DNA of 64,000 nt from Bugula neritina (lineage: Eukaryota > Animalia > Bryozoa), in NCBI GenBank assembly GCA_964035545.1, contig OZ037765.1:4598698-4662697 (forward strand), read 5' to 3'. The notes below the pieces were generated by a model that was not told where the DNA came from, made no database searches, and was given only the letters and a program-made list of their open reading frames with translations. Positions within the stretch are counted from its first letter, which is position 1, and each line of letters starts with the position of its first letter. Shown piece after piece: positions 1 through 12,555 of the stretch. The position numbers were made by a program, and so were the translations under genes.

Positions 1-556
1 AACTGGATGTTTTATTTTGTTCAGAAACTATTTCGTTATTAAAAATAATATTTTGTCAAGTTTCAGCATATCAATGTGATGGGGAATATCTACTAGATTC
101 ACTGTAAAGGAAGTACTGAGATCAAACAGTATTCATCCTAAACCTCTTTTGTTTTCCTAAACCAAAATATTGCTGAAAATTGTCATTGTTACACCATTAA
201 TCCAGACATGATTGCACTTTTTAAAAGTTTATAGCTTTCAGCTAGGGATGTGTGAATATATATTTGGCTATGATAGCAGATTATTACATGCCTTTGTTTG
301 CCTAAATTTAGGAATATGAGGTTGATTGAAACCTTCAAACTGAAGGTCAAACATAACATCATTCATCACAGCGAATAACAATGAATATAAACTCATTGTT
401 ATAACATGTCTAGTGTTAATTTTACAGTGTATCGCCCAGTTATTCCCATCATCTGCAATTGTTAGGGTTTGCTATATAAATGGTGTCAAAAACAGCCCAT
501 CTCAACCTGTCAAACTGTTGTATAGATATTCCACATGTTTATCTCAGTTTTGACAA

Positions 557-1494
557 TTGCAGTGAATGGTATTACTGAGTAACACATACTATATTCTAGG
601 GTTTGCAGTGAATGGTATTACTGAGTAACACATACTATATTCTAGGGTTTGCAGTGAATGGTATTACTGAGTAACACATACTATATTCTAGGGTTTGTAG
701 TGAATGGTATTACTGAGTAACACATACTATATTCTAGGGTTTGCAGTGAATGGTATTACTGAGTAACACATACTATATTCTAGGGTTTGCAGTGAATGGT
801 ATTACTGAGTAACACATGGTATATTCTAGGGTTTGCAGTGAATGGTATTACTGAGTAACACATACTATATTCTAGGGTTTGCAGTGAATGGTATTACTGA
901 GTAACACATACTATATTCTAGGGTTTACAGTGAATGGTATTACTGAGTAACACATGGTATATTCTAGGGTTTGCAGTGAATGGTATTACTGAGTAACACA
1001 TACTATGTTCTAGGGTTTGCAGTGAATAGTATTACTGAGTAACACATACTATATTCTAGGGTTTACAGTGAATGGTATTACTGAGTAACACATACTATAT
1101 TCTAGGGTTTGCAGTGAATGGTATTACTGAGTAACACATACTATATTCTAGAGTTTGCAGTGAATGGTATTACTGAGTAACACATACTATATTCTAGGGT
1201 TTACAGTGAATGGTATTACTGAGTAACACATACTATATTCAAGGGTTTACAGTGAATGGTATTACTGAGTAACACATACTATATTCTAGGGTTTGCAGTG
1301 AATGGTATTACTGAGTAACACATACTATATTCTAGGGTTTACAGTGAATGGTATTACTGAGTAACACGTACTATATTTTAGGGTTTGTAGTGAATGGTAT
1401 TACTGAGTAACACATACTATATTCTAGGGTTTGCAGTGAATGGTATTACTGAGTAACACATGGTATATTCTAGGGTTTGCAGTGAATGGTATTA
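557..1494 (+). repeat. 46-bp minisatellite, about 20 copies, containing the 3' splice site and first 21 nt of the following SLCO copy 1 exon
   Basis: Unit GGGTTTGCAGTGAATGGTATTACTGAGTAACACATACTATATTCTA; the last partial copy is the real exon start at 1474. Confidence 0.97.
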
Positions 1495-4400
1495 ACAATG
1501 TCAACATATCATCATATGAAAGGAGATACCTCCTCTCCAGCAAAAACTCTGGTCTGGTTGCCAGTTTCTATGACATAGCTGCCGGCATCACTGTAAGTTT
1601 CCTCCTTTTCACTCGCCTCAGTTTTCCATTCCTTAGTTGCGTTTATTCTGAGCTGCCATTGCACTCTTTCTGCAGGTTTTGCTGCTGTAGGTGTTGTTTG
1701 TGGGATATTTTGGAGGAATGGGTCATCAACCTCGCTTTCTTGGAGTAGGAGTTGCTTCCCTTGGGTTGGGATGTTTCATCATGTCAATGGCTCATTTCAC
1801 TTCTCCTATGTACGTACCGGAAGGCGCCAAGGGTTTGGCATGTGATATTGAAGGTAAGTGCTATCTAGTGTCCTTGGCACGTTCCAGAAGGTGTCGAGGT
1901 AACTACTATCTAATCTTCGATGTATTTACCTCGGCCAGTTACAAATGGCTGACTGGGCCAACTGTCCGATAAAACTCAAACTTCCTCTCCCAAGTTTGAG
2001 CAAACTCAATCAATGGTCAATAATATCTGTACTCAGTCTTTGAGAATCGTTGGCCAAAGAAAGTACCCAGATAATTGTTTTCATCTTTCTACAAACGTAC
2101 TGGTTGGTACCAGTTAGAAAGCGCAGCTATTGATGACTCATACTTGATGGTCTGATAATAGACTAGTGCTGACCACAGCCTGTCAGCGCTACCTGTGAAT
2201 CTCTATGTTGGATATTCTATGTACTGTTGAGGGCCAATAATCAGTCTAGACTTAGCGATTATATTGTGAACTTAGCAATTATATTATGAAGTTAATTTCC
2301 TTCAAGGTTTTATGTCACCCAGTTCTTGTTATATACTGTTGGATAGCTTGAGCCTTGCTCTTTTATACATTCTAGAATCTAGGCGTATATTCTTCAAACA
2401 TGAGTAGAAAAAAGGTATTGTTTAACTGTTCATTGAAAAGACACTCCTGCCCACAACATAGACATTCTATTCTTGGTGCGCTTATCTTTATAGGAAGTAG
2501 AATTAGTCAATCTTGAGCTTCTTGATATTAGAAATTGCAGAAGATCTCCCAACTTGCATTTAAGCATCACTAAAGTGTGATATATTTCGTAATTTCTCCT
2601 TTTTTGTTTTTGGCAGTGTGTGTGTGTGTCACTTGGTTGGTTGCTTTCACGTGATTTGTTTGAACTTGATGCTTGAAGCTGATATGATTAATAACTATTG
2701 GAATCCTATGGAATGCTTAACCCACTACATGGCTATACACCCTTCCTACCAGCATCTAGCATTCACAGTCCAGGATTTATTCATCAATTTGAGCTTGGCT
2801 TTGCCATTGATTTGGAGTTAGTGTACTGGGCAATACCCTTTCTACATGCTAGTTTACTTGAAGGTCAATGTTATAAAGCCAGCTACTTCGTTAAATCTAA
2901 AATATAAAGTATAGCTGAAGGCTGCCGAATGTTTATCAGTATGCCTGGGTGAGAAGCTGTCTATGCTGGTATGTCAGATATGTCCTTCACCCCTGCAGGT
3001 GTCTAGCTAGCCAGTTTAGACTGACCTACAGTCCACTGATCAATCTGTTTATCATAGTTTATTGATGCTTATCAATACCTCGTTTTGATTCCTAGAAAAG
3101 TTCCAACATTTTGTTTTAGGCGTGACAAATCTGTTTTATAGCTTTGTTTGTAAATATGCTATAGCAACTGAAATATCAAATGTCCCAGTAAATTCTAAGA
3201 CCTGTTAGGGAGTTTGTAGGTCTATAAAGCAATGATAAGTTGAGAAATGGAGGACTAGCAAGATAATCCTGGTTGTTGTAGGGTCTAGTTCTGGCGCCAA
3301 CTGTGCTGGGAGTGGAGATGATGCATTCCTCAAGAACTACCTCTATGTTCTGCTACTGGGACAAGCTCTGAATGGGTTTGGTGGAACTTGTCTCTATTCA
3401 CTAGGAGTAACTTACTTAGACCAGAGTGTTTCAGCTAAGATGGCACCTCTCTATGTTGGTGAGAAAAACTCAAAAAAATTAAAGAATATTATATTATACT
3501 ATTATACTATTTGCTGTGTTAAATTTACTCACTCTTTTTTAAAAACTTGTTCTATTAGCTAAAGATTTAGATAGAACTATATAAGTGAGTCTTAATGAAC
3601 TATATAAAATGCTACACTAGTGTGCTATATGCTGTGTTGAATTTACTGGTTTTGTTTTTATAAAAAAACATTTAGATAATTAGATAAGATTGAGTCTTAA
3701 TGTAGACTTTTATGAAGCTGATCTAGCAGAACTGTTTTATAATTAAATTGCATATCATGTATACATATCTATTACATTTTCTGGTGATTATGTTTAGTCA
3801 CATTTCTGGATCTACCTGAAGTAAGTTTTGATCTTTCAAGGTCTCTTGTGCATGATGTCTACTTGCTACATTTCATCACGCAATTGTTAATTTTATTTGG
3901 ATAAGAAATATATATAATTATTATCAAAGCAGCTTAGTCTGCTTAAATGGCCCTCAATTAATTGGTTTATATGAGGGAGAGTCTGGTTTGAAGAAAGTAG
4001 ATATTTCAGCATGAAAATGATGTGATTGAAGCTCCATCAAACAGCCATTACTCTCCTATTCCTGGTTTCTCGGCTCCAGCAGAGTTGGCTGCTTGTCAAC
4101 CATTCAACTGGCAGTAATTGTTTACTCGTGAATATAATAAACATCGCTGCCAACAACAATGTATTGAAGAGCTGTGACATAACGTCAGCAGCCTCGCTGC
4201 CAGGTTGTTGTACATGAGAATAATTACCTTCTTCCTGATACTCATGAGCAATGGGTTGCCCAGAGCTGGAGCCTAGCTATAGTGTTGTGTTTATATTTGG
4301 TGAATGTGCTGATTATACTTATATAGTGCTCCCTCTGTATCTCACTAAGCTATGGATTCCCTCTGTATCTCACTAAGCTATGGATTCCCTCTGTATCTCA

Positions 4401-7400
4401 CTAAGCTATGGATTCCCTCTGTATCTCACTAAGCTATGGATTCCCTCTGTATCTCACTAAGCTATGGATCCGAAACCTTACAGTAGAATACCATTTTAAC
4501 TCATGAGTGCACATATACATAAGCCACTAAACAGAGGTTCAAGCCCCTCTCGTGACCTATGGAATTTCATGAGAAATGGAACCGTGAGATATAGAGGGAG
4601 CGGGAGTGCCATGTTACTGTGGAATGCTGCTTCATACTGAATGTGATTGATGTAGTGTTATGGTTGAGCAGTTTTGTATAACTGCAGGTAAGATTTACTC
4701 ATAACTTCATATTGTAGGCATTATGGCTGGCTTTTCAATTCTTGGGCCGGCATTGGGATTTATCATGGGCGGATCATTACTAAATATATATGTTGACCAT
4801 CCCAAACCTCCCCCTGAGTAAGTAGCGTACCATTTAACCAGTGTTATGATGTCATTTCCTGTACAAATACGTAAACTAGTGGAATAGTACTTAGTGTCAT
4901 GCCATCTTCAATTGCATTTACTATATGATGTCAGATTTATTTCATTTTTTGTATATACAGCAAGTATTGATTTTGGTATCTTTTAAACACTTGGACTTAT
5001 CTATTTTGATTTTTGTGATATAGCACTATTGAATATAATACATAAGGGATTTGTAATTATCTTCTCTCTATGTTCTTGTATCTTTTACAAATCCTCTATA
5101 TATAGCATCTTCCAATAGACAAATTTTAATTTTATAGTTTTAGTTGATAGTTGCTGTGAATATACTAAAGAATGATCTTGTAGTTGTGTTCTCTCTACAT
5201 TTCAGTGGTTTAACTCCTAATGATCCCAGATGGGTTGGAGCCTGGTGGTTAGGATTTCTCATCAGTTCAATTGTTTCAACTCTTCTAGCACTGGTCATGT
5301 TTCTATTCCCCAAAGAGTTGCCAGGTGGAGATAATTTATTCAGCTTTTTTTACATATCGTCAACTGTGGGATAATTCCATTGCAATTTATACAAAAAAAA
5401 ATGTTTTAATTTAGAATGGAATTTTTTTTTTGCTTTTATAGCCCTGGTCATGTTTTTTTGCTTGAATTTGATCTAATCAAATGATCTGTAATTTCATCAT
5501 ATCATAATTGCGATTTGATTAAGTTATACTTTAATCTAGAGCTCATGGTGAAGAAATTTCACTCCTTCATTTCTCCACTGATTGCTTTGTGTTGGTTGCA
5601 GGTACGGCAGCAATACGCGCTGCCAAAGTCTCGGAGGCACACGATAATGGATGTGAAGAAGTTGTCAACCAGGAAGGCTTTGGATTGTCGTATAAAGACT
5701 TACCAAAAGCATCTTGGTTAGTGTTTACTTTCTTGTTTTAAAGCTATTAGTTAGCTAACACTTTGTAGTGTAAACTTATTCCTATTAGATTAGAATAATT
5801 CAGTTACTAGTAATTGGAACAATCTGTTAAATCTATCACATTGATTTGGCTAAGGATATCCAATAGCAAAAAATAGGAGTTGCAATTTTAGTAAATGTGA
5901 AGTTGGCTAATTTATTACATTTGAGTTACAGCTGAGAATACAGTGATATATTATGCTGTACTGTAGTATATTAGAGTGTACTATAGTGTAGTGTACTGTG
6001 GTGTAGTGTAATGTAGCGCAGTTTACTGCAGTGTAGTGTAATGTAGTGCAGTGTACTGCAGTGTAGTGTAATGTAGTGCAGTGTACTGTGATGTAGTGCT
6101 ACATATAGAATAGCTAAATGTCTAAGTTAGTGACATGGTAATATCAGTGTTAGTAGTGTACACAACCAGTACAGCTTCTATCATTTACATAAACTTGTAG
6201 GTATTTGATGAAGAACCCTGCGTACATGTGTATCACAGCTGTGGTGACCTCAGAGCTGGCCTTAGCAGCTGGATTCAGCACCTTCATGCCTAAGTACATC
6301 AGCAACCAGTTCGGCTACACAGCTAGCTGGTCTGCCATGGTCACAGGTGAAGTATTACTAACACAAGTAGTAACCATAGTAACAAAGCATGGCTACCTGG
6401 TTTTCTCATACACAAGTTTATGGTCATTATCCCTGTGAGAAACCCCTCATTGAAAGGGTTTTTTGTTAAATCGAGCTAAGGACTTATTCATCTATGTAGG
6501 ACAGGAGCAATTATGACTAGATGCTCTTCTTAACACCACCAATGGCCTTTACCGGGGTTCGAACCCGTGACTTTGTGTTTACTAAGCCAACACTCTAACC
6601 CCTAGACCACGTATGCTCCTTAACTGGTTCTGCAAACCAAAATATTATAAGGGCCTTTGCATCTCAGTGTTATATTCCCATGCATGGCGTTGAGATTTTT
6701 GTACTTTTGGGTTGCCCTCTCTCTCCCCCCTCCTGATGTTTGAGGTATCCTGTAGGATTCCTGGCTGTGCCTGGAGCCGCCCTGGGCCAGTTCATGGGGG
6801 GATACATCTGTAAGAAGTTCCAACTCAAGGTCTCTGGTATACTGAAACTCACGACTATCTGCTCCGTAATTGTGCTGATTGTTAGCCCGGTGTTCTGGAT
6901 AAGATGTAATGGAGCTACCCTAGCCGGTGTCTCTACCCCCTACCCTGGGTAGGTTCTCATGCTAGTAAACTGCTCCTTTTGCTATTTAAACTCTTACCTT
7001 GCTTAAAGTATTACAATTCTCCTTTGCATAGCACAGGCCCGTAGCCCTTGAAATTATGTTCAAAATTTGGAGTTGTTTCCTCAATTATGAGATAAATGGA
7101 TTGAAATTTTCTGTAAATTTTTCAAGATTATTTTTGATTTACAAAAAATTGTCAGCTTGTAATTAACGCTGCTTGGCAAACTTCTTGCAGGTGACATAAA
7201 CTCTATCATATGATATTCAAGTTGTTGTTTATCCTTTCTATTTATAGGCACTCAAACTATCATAAAAACATATATTGTAAAAAAGTTTATTTACGCAATG
7301 CTGGTGTTGAAATAAGATTTTGAATGCGATAAATGATGCAATGATAGCCAGGTGTTCTGTACAGCTTTTGGCTATGAATACTGCATTTTCTTGGAGTGTT

Positions 7401-9213
7401 GAATGTTTCGGTTAGGGAAGGGGAAGTTGATTAAATTTGGTGAGAATTTTAGAGATTGTAGTAGCAGTGTATGGATGGTCTTGGGAGTTTTGAAATAAGG
7501 CAGTTCAATTTCTTAAATTGATAATTTTTTTATTCTCATCAGCATGTTCCTGATAATTGTAATCTTCTAGATAAATTCTCTCATTGCGAGTTATAATTAC
7601 AATAATAATATAATGTGTTTCAGTGCAAAATTAATTCTAATCATTTGTTTGTGTAGAGACACTCTTGGAGATGAAACTAATCTGGACTCAACGTGCAACT
7701 CAGGGTGTGGATGTAGTACAAGTGTTTATGATCCGGTGTGTGCGAACGGCATCCAATATTTTACTTCCTGTCACGCCGGGTGTCCGGCCGAATCGGTTAA
7801 AAATGACAAAGATGAGGTATGACATGTTTTTGTTTAATGATAGAATGCGATATTTCCTATTAATTTTGTACCTGAACTATTATCGTTGCTTTTCTATTGT
7901 CTAAACTTCAAGACGTTACGACACTGCTATATTATGATTGGTTGTTTATTCTCTGGTTATACTTGTGTGTAGGAGTTCTATGAGAACTGTGCCTGCCCTG
8001 TGTCTACTTCTCCAGCTCGGGTCATAGCCAACTACACCCGTGTTGTACCAGGAACATGTCCTCAGAAATGCGGGCTATTTGGTCTGTTTATACCTGTAGC
8101 CTTTCTCCTTTTCTTCTTCACATTTATGATGGGATCTCCGCTAGTGATGGCCACGCTGAGGTACCTGTTACTCTGTTACTCTGTTATTCTGTTACTCTGT
8201 TACTCTGTTACTCTGTTACTCTGTTACTCTGTTACTCTGTTACTCTGTTACTCTGTTACTCTGTTACTACGCTTCTAGCCTCTCTCGCTCTGAATATATA
8301 ACATAACAGCATTTCCTATCTGCCATTGCTTGGTCTAGTATTTTAAGTCAGATTTGACTATTTTGCAGTTTGAAAAAAATCTTTTTCTACTACTGCAATT
8401 TCTTACTGTGTCTGAAAGTTGCTCTGAAACTTATTTGAAGAGAAAAGTTCTTTCAACCTTCTTATGATGTCATGCATACCAGTGTTTAATTTTGTATTTT
8501 TTCAGTTTACAGATTAATTTTTTTATCAGTCATGTTTATATTCTGTCTCTTGAACTCTCAGATGAAGTTTCTTTGCTGCTGTGAATTTATTGAAACCATC
8601 TGCTGTGTTTTATCCTCCAGAGTTGTGCCTGAGAAGCAGAGAGCTTATGCCGTTTCCTTCCAGTGGGTATTTCTACGATTTCTTGGTAGGTAATTTACTG
8701 CACTACTTTACATTGCAGGTAGTTTACCTGGTCCTATAATATTCTGTGTCTTATATTGTAGGTAGTTTACCTGGTCCTATAATATTCTGTATCTTATATT
8801 GTAGGTAGTTTACCTGATCCTATAATATTCTGTGTCTTATATTGTAGATAGTATTCCTGATCCTATAATATTCTGTATCTTATATTACAGGTAGTTTACC
8901 TGGTCCTATAATATTTGGCTCTATGATTGATGCGAGCTGTAGTTTATGGGATGAAGAATGCTCAGTGCGAGGCTCATGTTGGGTCTACAACAACCTCCAC
9001 ATGTCTGTCAGACTGTTTGTCATTACTATTGTCCTGAAGATCATTTCCCTTGGATTTAACATTCTAGGGATCTTCTTGTACAAGCCCCCTAAACTTACTC
9101 TAGAATCTCAGCCCACTCAAGTCTTGGCAAATGAAAACATATCTAACAATTCAAACAGTTCCAGTGCCAACGACTTTGATTTAAAGTCAAACGAAAATAA
9201 CACTTTTCTATAA
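1474..9213 (+). CDS. SLCO4A1-like: SLCO/OATP organic anion transporter, copy 1 (5'-partial; first coding exon lies upstream of the window)
   Basis: GT-AG exons in continuous frame: 1474-1592, 1691-1853, 3282-3458, 4718-4817, 5206-5324, 5602-5716, 6201-6346, 6756-6948, 7657-7816, 7973-8160, 8621-8685, 8891-9213(TAA). Motifs: [19 protein letters not shown], canonical OATP signature DPRWVGAWWLGFL, Kazal-like loop [16 protein letters not shown]...SCHAGC, FLRFLGSLPGPIIFG, CSLWDEECSVRGSCWVY. Confidence 0.93.
1900..3000 (-). mobile_element. Possible highly decayed LTR-retrotransposon pol fragments in an SLCO copy 1 intron
   Basis: Stop-riddled minus-strand translations resemble Ty3/gypsy motifs: SKAQAIQQY (RT thumb), FFGQRFSKTEYRY and RKFEFYRTVGPVSHL (RNase H), TSM*KGIAQY and VG*AFHRIPIVI (integrase). 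Recognised by eye only. Confidence 0.3.
4324..4601. mobile_element. MITE of the same family with a 28-bp left-end segment amplified 5 times
   Basis: Starts TAGTGCTCCCTCTGTATCTCAC, ends GTGAGATATAGAGGGAGC; (CCCTCTGTATCTCACTAAGCTATGGATT)5; body matches 41580-41713. Confidence 0.8.
5955..6100 (+). repeat. Degenerate (GTGTA)n pentanucleotide repeat
   Basis: GTGTAGTGTAATGTAGTGCAGTGTACTGCA pattern. Confidence 0.85.
6440..6615 (-). mobile_element. tRNA-derived SINE-like element
   Basis: Minus strand reads GTGGTCTAGGGGTTAGAGTG (A box) ... GGGTTCGAACCCCGG (B box), followed by a non-tRNA body GGCCATTGGTGGTGTTAAGAAGAGCATCTAGTCATAATT shared with the 51.5 kb copy. Confidence 0.6.
8165..8268 (+). repeat. 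(CTGTTACT)n 8-bp repeat immediately after a splice donor
   Basis: About 13 copies starting 4 nt into the intron. Confidence 0.95.
8712..8915 (+). repeat. 43-bp tandem repeat (about 4.7 copies) spanning the last intron/exon junction of SLCO copy 1
   Basis: Unit GTAGGTAGTTTACCTGGTCCTATAATATTCTGTGTCTTATATT; AG acceptors end at 8718, 8761, 8804, 8847 and 8890. Confidence 0.95.
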
Positions 9214-10144
9214 TCAAGTTTGAATCATACACAGATTTTATTTTTGTTTACAAGCAACAATCTTGAGTTATTCATCATAAATCTAAGATTAATTAATCAT
9301 AATTAAGTTTTAGAATTATTAAATAATGATCAATGTTTTTAATTAATATTTTAGCCATCTATGAACTAGTCACAGTTACGCTCAAAATGATTACATTAAT
9401 CGTTCATTATGCCATGCACATTGTCATTTAACTCAACAATATATTATCTCGTTTATGTTATTCTCTCATGATGATAACTTTTATTCTATAAGTTTCCAAT
9501 GCTATGCAATCAAATTGATTATGATAACAAATTTATTTTTAATATCTAGTTATATCTATCTTGTATACAAGCTACTCTTTTCTATTATTGTGTTTTTTTT
9601 CTTGTAAAGATTAATGTTATAAAAAATAAGATAAAGAATGACCCTGCAATTCAGTAATGAATAATAAATTTAGAAATCCAGATTTCAGATGCTATTTATC
9701 AATCTTAGCCAACAAATAGTAATTGTTTAATTGGTGGTGTATGATGTAGTTATATACTCGTAGAATATCATTGTTTAAACACAGAAGTGTTACACTTTTT
9801 CGCTTTCTATAGATTTATCTAAAAGTCGAAGTCAATATAACGATGTTGATTCAGATTATCTGCTCATCATTACATAGTCGCACAAAATACACTTAGAGAG
9901 TATAATACTTTCTTTTGGCCACGTTAACTCATTGTGAATCTTGGAGTGACTTGCTGGGACTATTAAGGAGAGGTCAAACTCAATGGATAAATTGAGAATA
10001 GCCTGTATTCTAGATTAGAAATGTAGCAAAAGAAGTTATGTTATCCCAAGAATTTCTAGCTGCGCCCCAAACCAAAGTTTAATAAAATTAAAGAACTTAT
10101 GCTAGCTCAATGTCTCCGCTACTGCTGCAAAATGCTGGAATAGC

Positions 10145-12555
10145 TAAAATTGTATCCTGCAAGCATTCTCAGTGTACAAAAAGTATTGATTAATTCAGCT
10201 ATGAAATGCAAATCAACATATAATCAATATAGTCAATACATTTCCTATTTTTCCAACTTGTTTTCCTTCTACAATAAATTTACTTCTGAATAGTAATTGT
10301 AACAACAATATAAGCTAAAGCAGCTTAACAAATAATACCAGTTACTAACTCTATATCAACAGCATCACCTGATATCAGGTGCATATGAAAACAGCCAACA
10401 CAATAGTAGCCTTTATAGTCTGAAAGGCAAAATATATGAACATCAATTCTATAATAAATGAATAAATAAAAACAATTAGTCTTTTATTATGTGATAAAGT
10501 CAATATATTTTAACTTTTAAATGTGAAACCTATTACTGAGTAGACGGTATTTTATGTATGTGTTCCCTTTGAAAAGTTTCATCCAGGCGATTAAGTATTT
10601 CCATTGGTGCAAGGTGAACGACTTTCAACATCAATGCTACAAAAATATAAACTTGACACAGTAGCTTAGTTACATGTATTATGTACGTAAATGTGAGAGA
10701 CCATGGGATGGCATTTTTAAGCTATTGGGTTATAAAAATTCAGTTAGGTATATTGTGTTCACAAATAGGTGACAGTTAATCAATTCACATTATTTAATGG
10801 CACACAAACAGGTTTGTGTTGAAAGGATAAGAAAGCTTTTTAAGCTGCATAACAGCTTCGCTTCAAGATAATTAAACTATACTGATTTAAAAAGTATTTT
10901 AGAAATTTTAGAAGATGACCTTAAAATTATTTTATGGTGTTACAGTCACTGAAATTCCATAGTATATTGCCACAATTATGTAATGGCATGCAGAAAAGTA
11001 GACTACGCGTAGGGAATCCGAAAGCGCCCATAAATATCAAAAAAGGATTCAAACACCACCATTATTAGTAGCATCTTTATACATATATTACATGCTACTT
11101 ATTTGTAATGCTTTACAAAAGAAATTCCTGATTACTACAATTACGAATAAGAAGAAATCAAGTTGAATCTGTCACATCTTTTATTAGAAATTATGTTTCA
11201 TAAAGTAAAAAATCATTCAATAATGTTATTTTAGATGCAAGTTTTGCAGCGATTGTGTTATTTTTATTATAGACTTTATATAATAGAATAATGATTACTA
11301 GACATGAGCAATGCTGATTTATATATAATATAAGTTCATATAAAGATTGCAAAGCGCCTATTTTTAGAACATTTCTTTACAATAATTTTGTGTTGGTTAA
11401 TTCTCTTCAAGGATTGTGTTTACTTGATTATGGTTGCAGATGCAGCTACATGGTGGTAACGCTTTTGGTTTAGCTATTGAGTAGCTTGAAACATATTCTA
11501 GTATTGAATAATATGTAGATCTATGATGATATAATAATACATAAAATAATAACGTAGACGGTATAAAATTATTCATTAAAGAATAATTATGGTGTTACAA
11601 TCAGCAAAGTTAATTAATATTCAAATTCATGGAAGCAAAAGAACACCTTATTTATTTTTATTTATCTAAAGTTGTGTGGTATTTGCATCTAGAAAGTCAC
11701 TCCCTGGCTGTTTGCATCTATAAATAGATATATCGTGGAGCAACCAGGTTACATTCCCAGGTTTGTAATATTTTTGTAGCATTGATTTTGCAGGTCGTTT
11801 ACCCAATTGAAATAGTTGGGTACCTATTTATCTAGGAAAACTTGTTTTACAGAGAGTACATATAACAAAGAGTCAGGCCCCCCCCCCCCCTCCAGCGGCT
11901 GTTAGCATATATATAAATAGATATATCGTGGAGCAACTATGCAAGTTATGTTCCCAGGTTTATATTTTGGTAGCATTGATATTGTGGTGAAAGTACCTAG
12001 TTATCCGAAAAGAATTTTTACAAAGAGTGCATCTAACTATAGTTAACAAAGTAATAGGTTTCCTAAATTTGAAAGTAAAGATAAATAATTATATAATAAA
12101 GAACTCATTGTTTATTATTTGTTCATTCGTCATAGAATTGAGATTCTTATATTTCAATTTCTAAACTATAAAAGCTACTATTGTGTTGATTGATTCTATT
12201 TACAGCCTGTTTAAATAGTGCCAATAAAAATTACGAATTTTGACTTAAGCTCAATAAAGACTATTTAATAAAGAATCCTACCATTACCTAATCAGTTAAA
12301 CTTTAACTCTTCAACTGTACAGTACACTTTAGCTTGATTTAAAATTTACACTCAATTCATAGCTGTTGATTGAGTTAGTACAAGGTAATTTTTGTTACAC
12401 TTTCTTCAGCTTATATTATAGTAAGTTTATTGCAGATGGTAAATAAAAAGTGCATTAAATAAAAAGTGACCATGCATTATGTATCTGCATTTTATAGTTA
12501 AGCTAATTCATGCTTTTTATACATTGAGAATGCTTGCAGCCTACAATTTTTTTAT
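10145..12555. repeat. Long degenerate inverted repeat (arms of roughly 0.5 kb or more; foldback-like) upstream of SLCO copy 2
   Basis: 10145-10660 aligns to the reverse complement of 12555-11750, e.g. CAACACAATAGTAGC (10396) vs GCTACTATTGTGTTG (12174), CTGCAAGCATTCTCA (10157) vs TGAGAATGCTTGCAG (12525), ATCAATGCTACAAAAATAT (10630) vs ATATTTTTGTAGCATTGAT (11768). Confidence 0.75.

Noticed and set aside
557-1494. CRISPR-like array
   Set aside because: Units are contiguous with no unique spacers, there are no cas genes, and the context is a eukaryotic intron.
4681-4695. CAG|GTAAG recursive-splice-like site 30 nt before the true acceptor
   Set aside because: The residual intron would be only 30 nt, and use as an acceptor hits TAA in frame; no support without RNA data.
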